Source: an uncultured Verrucomicrobiales bacterium
Lineage (GTDB): Bacteria; Verrucomicrobiota; Verrucomicrobiia; Verrucomicrobiales; Akkermansiaceae
Assembly: GCA_964561965.1 (NCBI GenBank)
Contig: CAZLQY010000002.1
Coordinates: 50,421-114,420 of the forward strand
Length of the DNA: 64,000 nucleotides
Direction: 5' to 3'
Position numbers and translations under genes: made by a program. Positions 39,498 to 51,149 of the stretch are shown piece by piece; the stretch's first letter is position 1, and each line of letters starts with the position of its first letter. The notes beneath the pieces are model-generated. The model worked only from the letters and a program-made list of their open reading frames with translations. It searched no databases and was not told the origin of the DNA.

Positions 39498-40232
39498 TCA
39501 ACTGATGGATTTATAATGGGTATTGACCTTGCGCAAGAACCATTGCCACTTCCGGCCAGGTTTTCCATCATCCAAAAGAAAGTGTGGGCAGTTCTTATGT
39601 GGCGTGTCTAGGCCAACTCTCGGCCAATGATAATGAGGCACTATCTTATCCAAGGGAATTTGGTGCTTATGCATCAAATAAGCCGTTAGCTTCGCTGTCC
39701 TCTCAATAGTCTGCATTCGGTCATTTCCTTTATGTTCACACATCTCAATCCCCAAACTGAAGTTATTCCCAGGGCCATTAAAATCCGCATGTTCCCCTTG
39801 TTCATCAGACGGTAAGTGCTGAACTACCACATTTTCATCGACTGAATAGTGCCAAGTTAAATAGCCAATACGATTCCCCCCTTTGCGTTTATACGCTCGT
39901 AGTTTCCCATTCTTCAAAGCCAAGGAGTGCCTCCACGCATCCGCTCCTTCCGAGAAATTCTGTGTCGAATGTATTGTAATAAACATAGGGTTGAGCTTGC
40001 GTACTACTTTGCGGCCGTGAGTCCCCCGGGCAATGTAGTCACGTTTCACATTCGCTTCACGATACAGTTGAGTAGGAGTCTTTACAGACTGTTGCGAGCG
40101 AGGTGCTGAAAGACTCACTGGATAAAACTGAGGATCTGGCGGAGCAACAGAAGCAGATTTACCAGAGCAAGACCATAATAGAGTGATAATGCATCCACTC
40201 AAAAACCAAGGAGAAAAAAATCGAGAGATCAT
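39498..40232 (-). CDS. N-acetylmuramoyl-L-alanine amidase (amidase_2/PGRP fold), secreted
   Basis: Signal sequence. ITIHSTQN, GIEMCEH and HYHW...KNCPHFLL zinc-amidase motifs. Confidence 0.8.
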   Translation of the reverse strand: MISRFFSPWFLSGCIITLLWSCSGKSASVAPPDPQFYPVSLSAPRSQQSVKTPTQLYREANVKRDYIARGTHGRKVVRKLNPMFITIHSTQNFSEGADAWRHSLALKNGKLRAYKRKGGNRIGYLTWHYSVDENVVVQHLPSDEQGEHADFNGPGNNFSLGIEMCEHKGNDRMQTIERTAKLTAYLMHKHQIPLDKIVPHYHWPRVGLDTPHKNCPHFLLDDGKPGRKWQWFLRKVNTHYKSIS

Positions 40233-40392
40233 AGGGAATAGAGCTAGTCTGTAACATATTCTTCATCTGATAACCAATGAAGAATCAACTTTGATTTAAT
40301 ATACTGGATCTCACACAATTAGCAAAGAAAAGGTCACCTTTCTTAAAAAAGATGGTAGCCAAATATCAAACCAACTGTATATCTAGGCACTG

Positions 40393-40923
40393 ATGTTGAA
40401 CGTATTCAAGTTTGTCTCAAGACTGGGGGCTCTAGCTAGTGCTATTGTGCTATCCCACTGTGGTGGAAACTATTCTGAAACCATCGAAGTCGTACGAACG
40501 TCAGGCTTTCAACAAAGCCACGGTCCTTTTGACTCCAGTGGCAATTATGTCGAACGTTGGGCAGATAAGCCACCTCGCAGAATCTTCGTTAACAAAAAAT
40601 CTAAGAAGTCCAAGAAACAAGAAACAAAGCAACCAGAACCACTTCCCCCTCTCCCACCCAGAATCACTCCTCCTATCCAACAGTTACCTAGCATCCAGCA
40701 ACCTCGTGCCATTCCACCCACCCATCCTACTCCTGTACCTAGGCCTACGGCCCAAGTGATAAAGCCCCTTACCAAAGCTCCTCTTCGGCACCGAGTCAGC
40801 AGTACAGATACACTCTATGGACTATCACGCCGCTATGGTGTCTCCGTGACCTCTATACAAAGAGCGAATAGGTTAAAAGGAACGACGATTATCACAGGAT
40901 CTACACTCTTGATCCCCCGTTAG
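40393..40923 (+). CDS. Secreted proline-rich protein with a C-terminal LysM domain
   Basis: C-terminal HRVSSTDTLYGLSRRYGVSVTSIQRANRLKGTTIITGSTLLIP is a LysM unit. The middle is a K-rich then P-rich linker. Confidence 0.75.
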   Translation: MLNVFKFVSRLGALASAIVLSHCGGNYSETIEVVRTSGFQQSHGPFDSSGNYVERWADKPPRRIFVNKKSKKSKKQETKQPEPLPPLPPRITPPIQQLPSIQQPRAIPPTHPTPVPRPTAQVIKPLTKAPLRHRVSSTDTLYGLSRRYGVSVTSIQRANRLKGTTIITGSTLLIPR

Positions 40924-41135
40924 CCCTTTTCGGTAAGTCCTTGATAGACATGAAACACCTGTAAACTTATGTAAGAATCGACGAGATTCTACTACATTTG
41001 AGGCATTTCATGAGCCCACTTCCTACCGCCGTTTCGCCGCCACTCGAACAAATAGAACTTGATTTCCACTAATATTCGCTATTTTACCCTTGGACTTAAG
41101 CTCTGAACCACTTAAACCGGGCCAACCAAGCGACT

Positions 41136-41888
41136 ATGAGGACTCTTTCCATTCTGTTTAAAAAAGAACTCACACACTTCTTCTATACCCCCTTCGGGTG
41201 GATTTTATTAAGTGTTGTAATATTTATGCAAGGTATGTCCCTCTCTACAGCTCTGGAGTACTACCAATCAGGGCCTGTGGAAAAAAACATGTTATTTACT
41301 TTGTTACACACGCCTAATTTTTGGTTCTACTTCCTCTTCATTTTCCCTCTAATCACAATGCGCCTATTTGCTGATGAGGAACGTTTAGGAACTCTGGAGG
41401 GCCTCCTAACTGCCCCTGTCAAAACATGGCAAGTAGTCCTCTCTAAATATCTATCAGCTTTTGTGTTTTACTCCATCCTTTGGCTCCCACTTCTCGCTCA
41501 TATTAAAATTTTCACTTTACTAACAGGGCAGCCAGCACCTCTAGAGACTGGCCACATCATCGGCAGCTATAGTATCCTTTTTCTCATTGGTGCATTTTTC
41601 ACAGCAATTGGCTGCCTGACTTCCGCACTGACATCCAGCCAAATTATAGCAGGCATTCTCTCCATGTTCATCATCGTTATGTTGTTTTTCCTAGGCTACG
41701 TTCCCATCCTATTTGGAGATTCGTTCCAAGGCTCTGCCATCTTCCATTACATCTCTATTCAGGAACATCTCGCATACTATAGTCAGGGGATTATTGATCT
41801 CCGCAGTGCGATTTATCATCTATCTTTCGCCTTCTTCACCCTCATGCTCACCCACCAGGTTGTTGATTACCGCCGTTGGAAAAAATAA
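41136..41888 (+). CDS. ABC-2-type transporter permease (GldF-like)
   Basis: 250 aa, six hydrophobic helices, N-terminal FKKELTHFFYTPFGWILL typical of ABC-2 permeases. Confidence 0.7.
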   Translation: MRTLSILFKKELTHFFYTPFGWILLSVVIFMQGMSLSTALEYYQSGPVEKNMLFTLLHTPNFWFYFLFIFPLITMRLFADEERLGTLEGLLTAPVKTWQVVLSKYLSAFVFYSILWLPLLAHIKIFTLLTGQPAPLETGHIIGSYSILFLIGAFFTAIGCLTSALTSSQIIAGILSMFIIVMLFFLGYVPILFGDSFQGSAIFHYISIQEHLAYYSQGIIDLRSAIYHLSFAFFTLMLTHQVVDYRRWKK

Positions 41889-41889
41889 T

Positions 41890-43419
41890 ATGTCTGAGCA
41901 AAAAAAACATCAGCGTTCTGTCGCAAGATTTAGCCTTAGTGCCAAAGCTCTCTTCCAGCTATGCCTCATCCTCCTCATTACCGTTTTCGCTAACTTCTTA
42001 GGATGTACAGAGCATCAACGGTTTGACCTTACAAAAAAAGCTGACTTCACACTGTCTAAAACCACAAAACAACTTCTTCGAGGTCAATTGCTAGAGGGCC
42101 GTAAAGAACACATAAAACTCATTGCCGTCGTTAAAACGAGTAATCCTCACTATTTTAGAATTCGGGCACTTCTCGATGAATTCCAACGTGTCGGTAAAGG
42201 GAGAGTGACTATGGAATTTGTTGATCCCATCAAAAACCTAGATAGAACTCAGGAATTAGCGAACACCTATGATCACACCTTTACAGAGGAATCTATTTTT
42301 ATCGACGCTCGCCAGTCAACTAACGTTGAACAAACCGACACTGAAATCGCCCAATCGATAGCCAACCACGTCCGCTATTTACCCATCACTAAGCTCTACA
42401 TCTCCGATTTAGATCGTTATAACAAAGAAATCGTCGTTGGTTGGCAAGACGAGGACAGCCTAAGCACTGCCATACTGAGTGCTATAGAGGGTAAACCCCG
42501 CCGCTTTTACTTCCTTTTTGATAAAAGCCAAATTGACGCACACGGTGAAGAGCAAGCCCCGTGGAAAACACTCAAAAGCCTGATGCAGCGCCAAAATATA
42601 GCCCTTACTGAGCTTCGGCTAGCAACAACAGATCGCATTCCTGACGATGCCGAAGGCCTAGCCATCATAGCTCCACGCTACGATCTAGATGACCGAGAGC
42701 TCTCAGTTATTAGCGAATATTGGGATCGTAATAGCTCATCCATCTTCATCACCCTCGATCCATCTGCAGAACTCTATAAATTACGTTCGTTTTTACGCTC
42801 ATATGGCATCACCCCCCGGAATGACAGAATCATTACAAGGAATAAAGACCGAACGCTAACTTCCGCCCGGACAGTCATGATACAAGGCCCTAAAGTCACC
42901 AAGCAACTGGGAGAAAAACCCAGCCAAATGGATGGCCCCTCATGCTCTCTCGAGGTACGCTACGATGATGACAAACTCATTAATCGCCGCATCGCAGCCT
43001 TTCCTCTGATCCGTGCCGCAAAGGGATGGTGGGGAGAAACTAAATATAAAGAGACTGACCCAGAATTCGATTACAAAGAGGATAATGATACCCCCTTATA
43101 TCTTGCCGCAGCAGTCGTAAGAGGCAAAGAAAACGAAGACACCACTGTAGAATTAACCTCACGTTTAATCGTAATCAGCAATACAGAATTTCTTACTCCT
43201 ACGAACATGCGAGAAGAAATGACGGACTTCCTCAATAACAGCTTTAACTGGATGGTCGGCCGAGAAACGTTGCTGGGAAATGGCCCAAAACCTGTTTTTC
43301 GCCAAAAACTCACAATCCAACCCAAACATCAAAGTCAACTGAACCTGACCGTTTACATTATTCTACCAGCTATCACTCTACTTCTAGCCTTTATTACTTG
43401 GTATTCCAGACGTTCTTAA
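41890..43419 (+). CDS. GldG-like ABC-transport auxiliary protein
   Basis: Start MSEQKKHQ is 1 nt after the permease stop (the tracked ORF start at 41713 is an upstream extension). N- and C-terminal TM helices and RFDLTKKADFTLSKTTKQLL...VTMEFVDP pattern. Confidence 0.7.
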   Translation: MSEQKKHQRSVARFSLSAKALFQLCLILLITVFANFLGCTEHQRFDLTKKADFTLSKTTKQLLRGQLLEGRKEHIKLIAVVKTSNPHYFRIRALLDEFQRVGKGRVTMEFVDPIKNLDRTQELANTYDHTFTEESIFIDARQSTNVEQTDTEIAQSIANHVRYLPITKLYISDLDRYNKEIVVGWQDEDSLSTAILSAIEGKPRRFYFLFDKSQIDAHGEEQAPWKTLKSLMQRQNIALTELRLATTDRIPDDAEGLAIIAPRYDLDDRELSVISEYWDRNSSSIFITLDPSAELYKLRSFLRSYGITPRNDRIITRNKDRTLTSARTVMIQGPKVTKQLGEKPSQMDGPSCSLEVRYDDDKLINRRIAAFPLIRAAKGWWGETKYKETDPEFDYKEDNDTPLYLAAAVVRGKENEDTTVELTSRLIVISNTEFLTPTNMREEMTDFLNNSFNWMVGRETLLGNGPKPVFRQKLTIQPKHQSQLNLTVYIILPAITLLLAFITWYSRRS

Positions 43420-43435
43420 ATGATTCATCATCCCA

Positions 43436-45325
43436 TTGAAATCCCTGACTAACATCTTCCTATTCCTCCTCACCATTGGCCTTGCAGTAGCGTGTCTAGC
43501 CAAGATGGATAATGCTCCTATTTCCCTCTTTAAGGCCGTTGAAAAAATTGATGTTGGAGAAAAGTCATTCCGTTGTGATGCCCTATCTATTCGCCGCATA
43601 CAAGTTCGCCACTCAAGTGGTAAATATCTAGATATCACAGGAAATGAAGAACAGTGGCAGGCGACGCACCCTTGGAAAGACAGAGTCGACTACCATACAC
43701 ACGTCCAGCCACTCCTTCACTTCATTCACAACTCCAAAGTCATAGACACTCTACCTCGGCGAGAGTTCCGTCTGACCGATCTGGGAATGACGGAAGACTT
43801 TTTTGAAATCGAACTCTTTGATGAAGAATCGAACTCTGTCGAGGAATTCATTCTCGGGCGCTCCACTCCCTGGCATAGCATTGCTGCCGATGAAGCAAAA
43901 ACGCACCTTCCTACATATTTCATCCGTCATAAAAAATCGTCAAAAAAAGATTATATCTATCTCGTTTCCGACACTAGCCTCCAATTAAACGAAATCTTCG
44001 AGCAAAATTTCAAACAATTTAGAGATCACCGCCCATTCTCCATCTTTAGCTCCATCTGCCAAATCCGAATCATGCGTAAAGGTACTGACATGATTATCGA
44101 ACGCACCGCTGCTGGGCAGCCCTGGTACCTTACCAAGCCTTTAGAATTACGTTGTGATCAAGATACGGTGAAGCAGCTCATAACAGACCTCTCTCTACTC
44201 TCAGCAACAACAGTTGAAGACTCCAACAATTTCCCTGAAACATTAAACCCTGATGAAGCTCTAGAAGTAGGAATACGCCACTTTGGAGAAGAACAAGAAG
44301 TGACTCTAACTGTTGCCCTACCTTCTGATGAGTCAGCCCTTTCCGCACTAGCGAAAGTTTCCAATAGAGATCCTATCTTTTCACTCCCTCTCGCTCCTGC
44401 TTCAGATATAGACGTTTCTCTCAGTAAATTACCCACGTCCCTAAACGACGTCAGAGCAAAAACCATGCTGAGTTTAAATGGCCAAGAGCTCCAAACTCTA
44501 GTTATTCATTCCAATAATCAACCACCGACTCTCCTAACCCGTGAGCGAGGAGCCACCTATCAGATCGTCCAACCAGATGGACATCACGAGTTAGAAATCG
44601 AAACATTCTCAGAATTCATCAAGGGCCTCACCATCGATAAAGTCACTAAATTTGTTTCTGACGCAGCTGTCGACCTTAGACCCTATGGATTAGATAAACC
44701 AAACTTACGGATCGCACTGGTAGATTATGCCAAGAATCAACAACGCCTCCACATTGCCCGTAGCCCTGATGACTCACTCATCTATGCTCACATAGCAAAA
44801 TCACCTATCATCTGGCAAATCAGCGAAGAGACACTTAGTAAACTCGACCGACCCAGTTGGGACTGGCGCCCGAAAAGGCTATGGAATCTACCCTATACCG
44901 ATATTACCTCCATCGTTAGCAAGCACTCAGAGAAAGAAGAATTCTCTGTTTTCTATGATTTTGGTTCCGATGCGTATTCTGCAACAAAAGGGCAAAACGA
45001 CGTTACAGACCAACTCAACCCGAACCGAGCTCGATATTACTTCGAAGCTATCTCTCAACTACAATCACTCCGACGCCTAAGCCCTAATCATGCCAAAGCA
45101 AAAGAGCTATTACAAAACCCTGACTTCACGCTCAAAGTCACGGTGCAAGAGTACGACAATGAGGGAGAACCCAGCTACGATATTGATCATTGGCTCAAGC
45201 TAGCACGAGCCTCAAAATCGAAGGACAATCAGTTCTACTACGTCACTATCTCAGGAGAATCAGATTACTTTCTCTTCAATACCGATACAGCCAGCATTCT
45301 AGTCACAGACCTGTTCTCCAACTAA
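43436..45325 (+). CDS. DUF4340-like protein (usual partner of GldG-type systems)
   Basis: 629 aa, TTG start, single N-terminal TM. Position directly after the GldG-like gene. Family name inferred from context and architecture. Confidence 0.55.
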   Translation: MKSLTNIFLFLLTIGLAVACLAKMDNAPISLFKAVEKIDVGEKSFRCDALSIRRIQVRHSSGKYLDITGNEEQWQATHPWKDRVDYHTHVQPLLHFIHNSKVIDTLPRREFRLTDLGMTEDFFEIELFDEESNSVEEFILGRSTPWHSIAADEAKTHLPTYFIRHKKSSKKDYIYLVSDTSLQLNEIFEQNFKQFRDHRPFSIFSSICQIRIMRKGTDMIIERTAAGQPWYLTKPLELRCDQDTVKQLITDLSLLSATTVEDSNNFPETLNPDEALEVGIRHFGEEQEVTLTVALPSDESALSALAKVSNRDPIFSLPLAPASDIDVSLSKLPTSLNDVRAKTMLSLNGQELQTLVIHSNNQPPTLLTRERGATYQIVQPDGHHELEIETFSEFIKGLTIDKVTKFVSDAAVDLRPYGLDKPNLRIALVDYAKNQQRLHIARSPDDSLIYAHIAKSPIIWQISEETLSKLDRPSWDWRPKRLWNLPYTDITSIVSKHSEKEEFSVFYDFGSDAYSATKGQNDVTDQLNPNRARYYFEAISQLQSLRRLSPNHAKAKELLQNPDFTLKVTVQEYDNEGEPSYDIDHWLKLARASKSKDNQFYYVTISGESDYFLFNTDTASILVTDLFSN

Positions 45326-46554
45326 TGAGCTACCTATTAGACACCTCAGAAATCCGAAAGGAATTCCCTATACTAGAGCAAACAATCAATCACCGCCCCC
45401 TTGTTTACTTCGACAACGCTGCCACCTCGCACACCCCTAACACCGTTCTCGATGCCTCGCGTCAATATTACGAAGCTTATAACTCCAATATTCACAGAGG
45501 AGTCCACTATCTCTCCAGAATAGCCACGGAAGCCCACGAAACAGCCCGAGCAACTATCGCAAACTACCTCAACGCAGCTCATGAGCATGAAGTCATCTTC
45601 ACTTCAGGAACAACCGACTCTATTAACCTCGTCGCAGACATCCTAGAGAAAGGGAACATCATCCAAGAAGGTGATCGTATCCTTATTTCAGAAATGGAGC
45701 ACCACTCCAATATTGTTCCCTGGCAAATGCTCTGCGAAAGAACACATGCGATCCTAGATGTCATCCCCGTCACCGAAGTAGGAGAATACGATTTATCCAC
45801 TATTGATGACCTACTCATGCCTGAGACAAAGTTAATTGCCTTAAATCATGTCTCTAACGCTCTTGGCACAATCAACCCTATTGCCCCCCTCATACAGAAA
45901 GCGAAACAACTCAATATTCTAACTCTCATCGATGGAGCCCAATCTGTACCCCACATAGAACTTGATCTCCAGAAATTGGATTGTGACTTCTATACATTTT
46001 CAGGTCACAAGACCTATGCCCCTACCGGGATCGGTATCCTATGGGGCAGAGAAGAGCTGCTAAATCGCTTACCTCCATGGAAAGGTGGCGGAGAAATGAT
46101 CAAAGAAGTCAGCTTCTCCGGAACAACATACAACGATCTACCATTCAAATACGAAGCCGGCACACCTAACATCGAAGGCGCCATTGCCCTAGCACGAGCT
46201 CTGGAATGGATGAAACATCTCGGCGTTAACAATATCGCAAGACATGAACACACCTTGCTCCAGCAGGCAACAGAAGGCCTAGCAGAAATCGAAGGTCTCA
46301 CCATCTACGGCACTAGCTCTCATAAATCCGGCGTCATCTCCTTCCTCATTGAAGGTATTCACCATTTTGACTTAGGTACTTTAATCGATCAAATGGGTGT
46401 CGCCGTCCGTACAGGCCACCATTGCTGCCAGCCTCTCATGGCCCGGTATGGTATTACAGGGACAGTACGGGCATCCTTTGCCGCCTATAACACCCCTGAG
46501 GAAATCGACATCTTCCTAAACAGCGTCAAAAAAGCAAAGATGATGTTAAGCTAA
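45325..46554 (+). CDS. sufS: Cysteine desulfurase, SufS/CsdA group II
   Basis: MSYLLDTSEIRKEFPIL start (TAATG overlap with the previous stop). HHSNIVPWQ, PLP-lysine SGHKTYAPTGIG, catalytic RTGHHCCQP. Confidence 0.9.
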   Translation: MSYLLDTSEIRKEFPILEQTINHRPLVYFDNAATSHTPNTVLDASRQYYEAYNSNIHRGVHYLSRIATEAHETARATIANYLNAAHEHEVIFTSGTTDSINLVADILEKGNIIQEGDRILISEMEHHSNIVPWQMLCERTHAILDVIPVTEVGEYDLSTIDDLLMPETKLIALNHVSNALGTINPIAPLIQKAKQLNILTLIDGAQSVPHIELDLQKLDCDFYTFSGHKTYAPTGIGILWGREELLNRLPPWKGGGEMIKEVSFSGTTYNDLPFKYEAGTPNIEGAIALARALEWMKHLGVNNIARHEHTLLQQATEGLAEIEGLTIYGTSSHKSGVISFLIEGIHHFDLGTLIDQMGVAVRTGHHCCQPLMARYGITGTVRASFAAYNTPEEIDIFLNSVKKAKMMLS

Positions 46555-46588
46555 ACTCCCCCGCTAAGATCTCCCTCATCCTATTCCT

Positions 46589-46622
46589 AAAAAAAGCTGC
46601 TATGTCTCATAGACATAACAGC
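46589..46622 (-). terminator. Intrinsic terminator between convergent sufS and ilvD (strong for ilvD, possibly bidirectional)
   Basis: GCTGCTATGTCT-cat-AGACATAACAGC (12-bp arms, one mismatch). AAAAAAA on the plus side gives TTTTTTT after the hairpin on the minus strand. Confidence 0.75.
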
Positions 46623-46670
46623 TCTTATAAACTTTCTTCTTATGACCATCTTCGGTCTGGAAACGATGGG

Positions 46671-48380
46671 TTAGAGATCTCCATCCGTCACAGCACCTTT
46701 AGAGGCCGACGCCGCTAATTTGGCAAACTTAGCGAGGACACCACGCTTATAGCGGGGCTCTGGCTGTGTCCAGTTCGAGCGGCGCTCAAGTAACTCCTCC
46801 TCAGAAAGATTCACATCAATCGTATTCTTCTCTGCATCTATCGTGATCTCATCTCCATCTTCAAGAAGACCAATTGTTCCTCCTACAAAAGCTTCTGGTG
46901 TGATATGCCCGACGACGAAGCCGTGACTGCCACCTGAGAATCTTCCATCCGTAATTAAGGCCACAGAGTCTCCGAGCCCGCGGCCCATCACTGCAGCTGT
47001 TGGCCCCAGCATCTCACGCATACCAGGTCCTCCTTTTGGCCCTTCCATACGGACAACAATGACGTCTCCAGGATTAATCTCACCAGCTAAAATAGCTTTC
47101 AGGCTCTCTTCTTCAGAATTAAAGCAACGGGCTTTACCTGTAAAGCTCGTACCCTCATTTCCAGAGATCTTTGCGACAGAGCCTTCCGAGGCTAAATTCC
47201 CATAAAGAATACGGAGGTGACTATCTTTTTTCTTAGGATTATCGAATGGTTTAATAATCTTTTGGTCTGCTGGGAATTCAATCGGTGAATTCGCGAGATT
47301 TTCAGCCATCGTCTTTCCCGTCACAGTCATAACATCACCGTGGAAGAGCCCCGCCTTTAGTAACATTTTCATCACAGGAATCGTCCCCCCGATGCGCACA
47401 AGGTCTGCCATAACATACGTTCCAGATGGCTTTAAATCAGCCAAAACGGGAACGCGCTTTCCGATCTCCGTAAAATCGTCAATCCCAAGCTCCACATCGG
47501 CTGCATGAGCCATGGCAAGAAGGTGTAACACTGCGTTTGTAGATCCTCCAAGGGCTATCACGAGTGTAATAGCATTCTCAAAAGCCTTGCGAGTCATAAT
47601 ATCTGAAGGGCGAATCCCCTTATCAATCATATTCACAACAGCGGCACCTGCATCAATACAATCCATAAGCTTATCATCCCCCACAGCGGCCTGAGCAGAA
47701 CTATTTGGTAAGCTCATTCCAAGAGCCTCAATCGCACTCGCCATCGTATTCGCTGTATACATACCACCACAAGAACCGGCCCCGGGAATAGCACAACCTT
47801 CGACTTTATCTAATTCTTGGTCATTGATTTGACCATTTGCATGCTGACCGACAGCCTCAAAGACAGAGACGACATCCAGATCTTTCTTCTCCCCTTTAAT
47901 CGTAGCACAGCCAGGTAAAATCGTACCCCCATAGACAAAGACAGCTGGGCGATTCAAACGTGAGATCGCCATCATGCAACCAGGCATATTCTTATCACAG
48001 CCACCAACAGCTACCAGACCATCCATACCCTCAGCACCCACGACTGTTTCAATAGAGTCTGCGATCACCTCACGGCTCACTAGCGAATACTTCATACCTT
48101 CTGTACCCATAGAAATACCATCGGACACAGTAATAGAGCCGAAGGTGAGAGATTTACCATTGGCAGCATCCACTCCCTTAGCACACTCAGATGCTAACTT
48201 ATCCAAATGAAGATTACAGGGCGTAACTTCACTCCACAGCGAAGCAACCGCAACTTGAGGTTTTTCAAAATCCTCCTTCTTGAAACCTACAGCATAAAGC
48301 ATAGCACGGCTGGCAGCGCGATCAGGGCCATCTACCACTTTCGAGGAATAGGGGCGTGAGTTATTTTCGTATTCGTTCAT
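46671..48380 (-). CDS. ilvD: Dihydroxy-acid dehydratase
   Basis: 569 aa. [17 protein letters not shown] and [11 protein letters not shown] motifs. Confidence 0.95.
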   Translation of the reverse strand: MNEYENNSRPYSSKVVDGPDRAASRAMLYAVGFKKEDFEKPQVAVASLWSEVTPCNLHLDKLASECAKGVDAANGKSLTFGSITVSDGISMGTEGMKYSLVSREVIADSIETVVGAEGMDGLVAVGGCDKNMPGCMMAISRLNRPAVFVYGGTILPGCATIKGEKKDLDVVSVFEAVGQHANGQINDQELDKVEGCAIPGAGSCGGMYTANTMASAIEALGMSLPNSSAQAAVGDDKLMDCIDAGAAVVNMIDKGIRPSDIMTRKAFENAITLVIALGGSTNAVLHLLAMAHAADVELGIDDFTEIGKRVPVLADLKPSGTYVMADLVRIGGTIPVMKMLLKAGLFHGDVMTVTGKTMAENLANSPIEFPADQKIIKPFDNPKKKDSHLRILYGNLASEGSVAKISGNEGTSFTGKARCFNSEEESLKAILAGEINPGDVIVVRMEGPKGGPGMREMLGPTAAVMGRGLGDSVALITDGRFSGGSHGFVVGHITPEAFVGGTIGLLEDGDEITIDAEKNTIDVNLSEEELLERRSNWTQPEPRYKRGVLAKFAKLAASASKGAVTDGDL

Positions 48381-48614
48381 TAATCTATCAAAGGCAAATT
48401 ACTATTGATAAGCAGTCTTGACTGAGTCCGAGTACGCGTCAAGCACAGGACAGTAGGACATCGTACCAAACTCCATTTTCTTCTCCAGTTTATGGAAAAA
48501 TGTGCTGCTAGCTTACTCGCACTTGACAGCGGATATGAAGAGACTAGAACCTTGCCAGCACATTCTGGTTTCTCCAGAGCAAATTTTTTTGAAGTCTTAC
48601 CGATCGCATAATTT

Positions 48615-49118
48615 ATGAACGCCAATCAACTTTTTGAATCCGTCAATCCATCCGTCGTCATCGAACTTTTCACGTGGCTTCGTGAAAACGAACGAGATCT
48701 CTACAAAAACGCTATTATAAATCTCGCCTCGAACAAAAAACTACGGCCTGTTTTTGTGACAAAAAAGCCCGTTCCGGATCAAATTGCCTGGTTACATAAG
48801 ACCCTGAAATCCAATACTAGTAACGTCATTGGAGAGCATCTACTTCAAATTTGGTTCATGCAGGCGAAGCAAGACATGCTCATCACCTTCTGTGATTCAC
48901 TTGAAATCGCACATGATGGTAACGGAACAGTGGAAGAAGATCTGCCCGAAGAACTCGATAGTGCTGGTTTAAAGAAAGCTGCAGATGCACTCCTCGCATC
49001 ACACCCGGCTAATATTACCACACTCTATTTACAAGTCTTCAATATGCAACGCCAGGGTGGTTGGCAAGCGCTCACTGATCTTCTAGCCTCAGATGATCGC
49101 CTTCAGCTTGGGTCATAA
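48615..49118 (+). CDS. Hypothetical cytoplasmic protein
   Basis: 167-aa ORF with protein-like composition, divergent from ilvD. I recognise no family. Confidence 0.4.
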   Translation: MNANQLFESVNPSVVIELFTWLRENERDLYKNAIINLASNKKLRPVFVTKKPVPDQIAWLHKTLKSNTSNVIGEHLLQIWFMQAKQDMLITFCDSLEIAHDGNGTVEEDLPEELDSAGLKKAADALLASHPANITTLYLQVFNMQRQGGWQALTDLLASDDRLQLGS

Positions 49119-49226
49119 AAGAACTCTGTGAAATCCTCAGAAACCCTTGACCCACAAGGCTACTATGTAGATATTTCACGGAGAAGTCTTCTCTCTTCAC
49201 CTATTATTCAAAAGTGGTCTTGCTGA

Positions 49227-50312
<1,086 letters not shown>

Positions 50313-50345
50313 TCAGTAGAACAAACGAATCAAAGCCCTTAACCC

Positions 50346-51149
50346 GTGAAACCTCTTAATCTCATCGCATTACTTCTTTTTCTAGCTGGCACCGCATGGG
50401 CGCTAACTAGAAGTGATGCTACAGTGCGTGAGATACAAAGTGCTTATTACACCGCATTAAGGCCTTTCCTCAGTGCAGGCTCAGTCTTAGAGGTCAAAGC
50501 CCGCCGCTACACTGATGAAGTCCATCATTCTGCAGAATTACAAGTACAGCTCGATCAGACTGAAAACCAACTAGGCATTTTACGTACAGAAGTCTCCCAC
50601 CTGCGTAAGTTAGAACAAGAGAACATTCAATTACGCTCTGCACTTAACTTCCAAAAACAATCCCCTTTTGCTGTCATTGCAGCAAAACTCATACGACGTA
50701 AACCTTCTACTTGGTGGCAAACAGCAACCATCGACCGAGGAGAACAATCTGGAATAGGAGTACAACTTCCTGTTCTCGCAGCAGAAGGCCTTGTTGGTAA
50801 AATCGATCGCACGGATCAAACCACTTCATCCATTATATTACTAACCGACGAAAGATGCCAGGTATCCGCCAGGATAGGCAACACTCAAGAGGTTGGTATA
50901 CTAAGCGGACAGCGCGTCCAACCAACAGATAGACCTGTTCTTAGGTTGCGCTATTTATCGAAAGAAGCAAGCATCCAACCCGGCAGCAAAGTCTTTACGA
51001 CTGGTAGGGGTGGCCTCTTTCCCGCAGATATCCTTTTAGGCACCATCATTTCAAGTGATTCAGGAGCCTTTGATGCTGAAGCTCGAGTTGAGCCAGCGGT
51101 GGACTTTGCGAGTTTAAACACCGTTTTTGTCCTCACAGGTAATAAATGA
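50346..51149 (+). CDS. mreC: Rod-shape-determining protein MreC
   Basis: GTG start, N-terminal TM, coiled coil (LRKLEQENIQLRSAL), beta-domain with GLVGKI. Follows mreB. Confidence 0.85.
   Translation: MKPLNLIALLLFLAGTAWALTRSDATVREIQSAYYTALRPFLSAGSVLEVKARRYTDEVHHSAELQVQLDQTENQLGILRTEVSHLRKLEQENIQLRSALNFQKQSPFAVIAAKLIRRKPSTWWQTATIDRGEQSGIGVQLPVLAAEGLVGKIDRTDQTTSSIILLTDERCQVSARIGNTQEVGILSGQRVQPTDRPVLRLRYLSKEASIQPGSKVFTTGRGGLFPADILLGTIISSDSGAFDAEARVEPAVDFASLNTVFVLTGNK

Noticed and set aside
41010-41072. 20-codon mini-ORF (MSPLPTAVSPPLEQIELDFH) upstream of the ABC-2 permease, considered as a remnant of the missing ABC ATPase
   Set aside because: It is too short to carry any ATPase motif, and the downstream sequence does not continue in any frame as ATPase-like. 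There is no evidence for a pseudogene.
41713-41889. Upstream extensions of tracked ORFs (41713-41889 for the GldG-like gene, 45190-45324 for sufS, 23710-23781 for tkt, 2177-2212 for the LMW-PTP)
   Set aside because: Each extension overlaps the preceding gene or an intergenic region and adds non-conserved-looking residues before a canonical family N-terminus. The internal starts were chosen instead.
48380-48625. 81-aa minus-strand ORF immediately upstream of ilvD
   Set aside because: It occupies the divergent promoter region between ilvD and the 48615 gene and overlaps both start codons. Probably non-coding.
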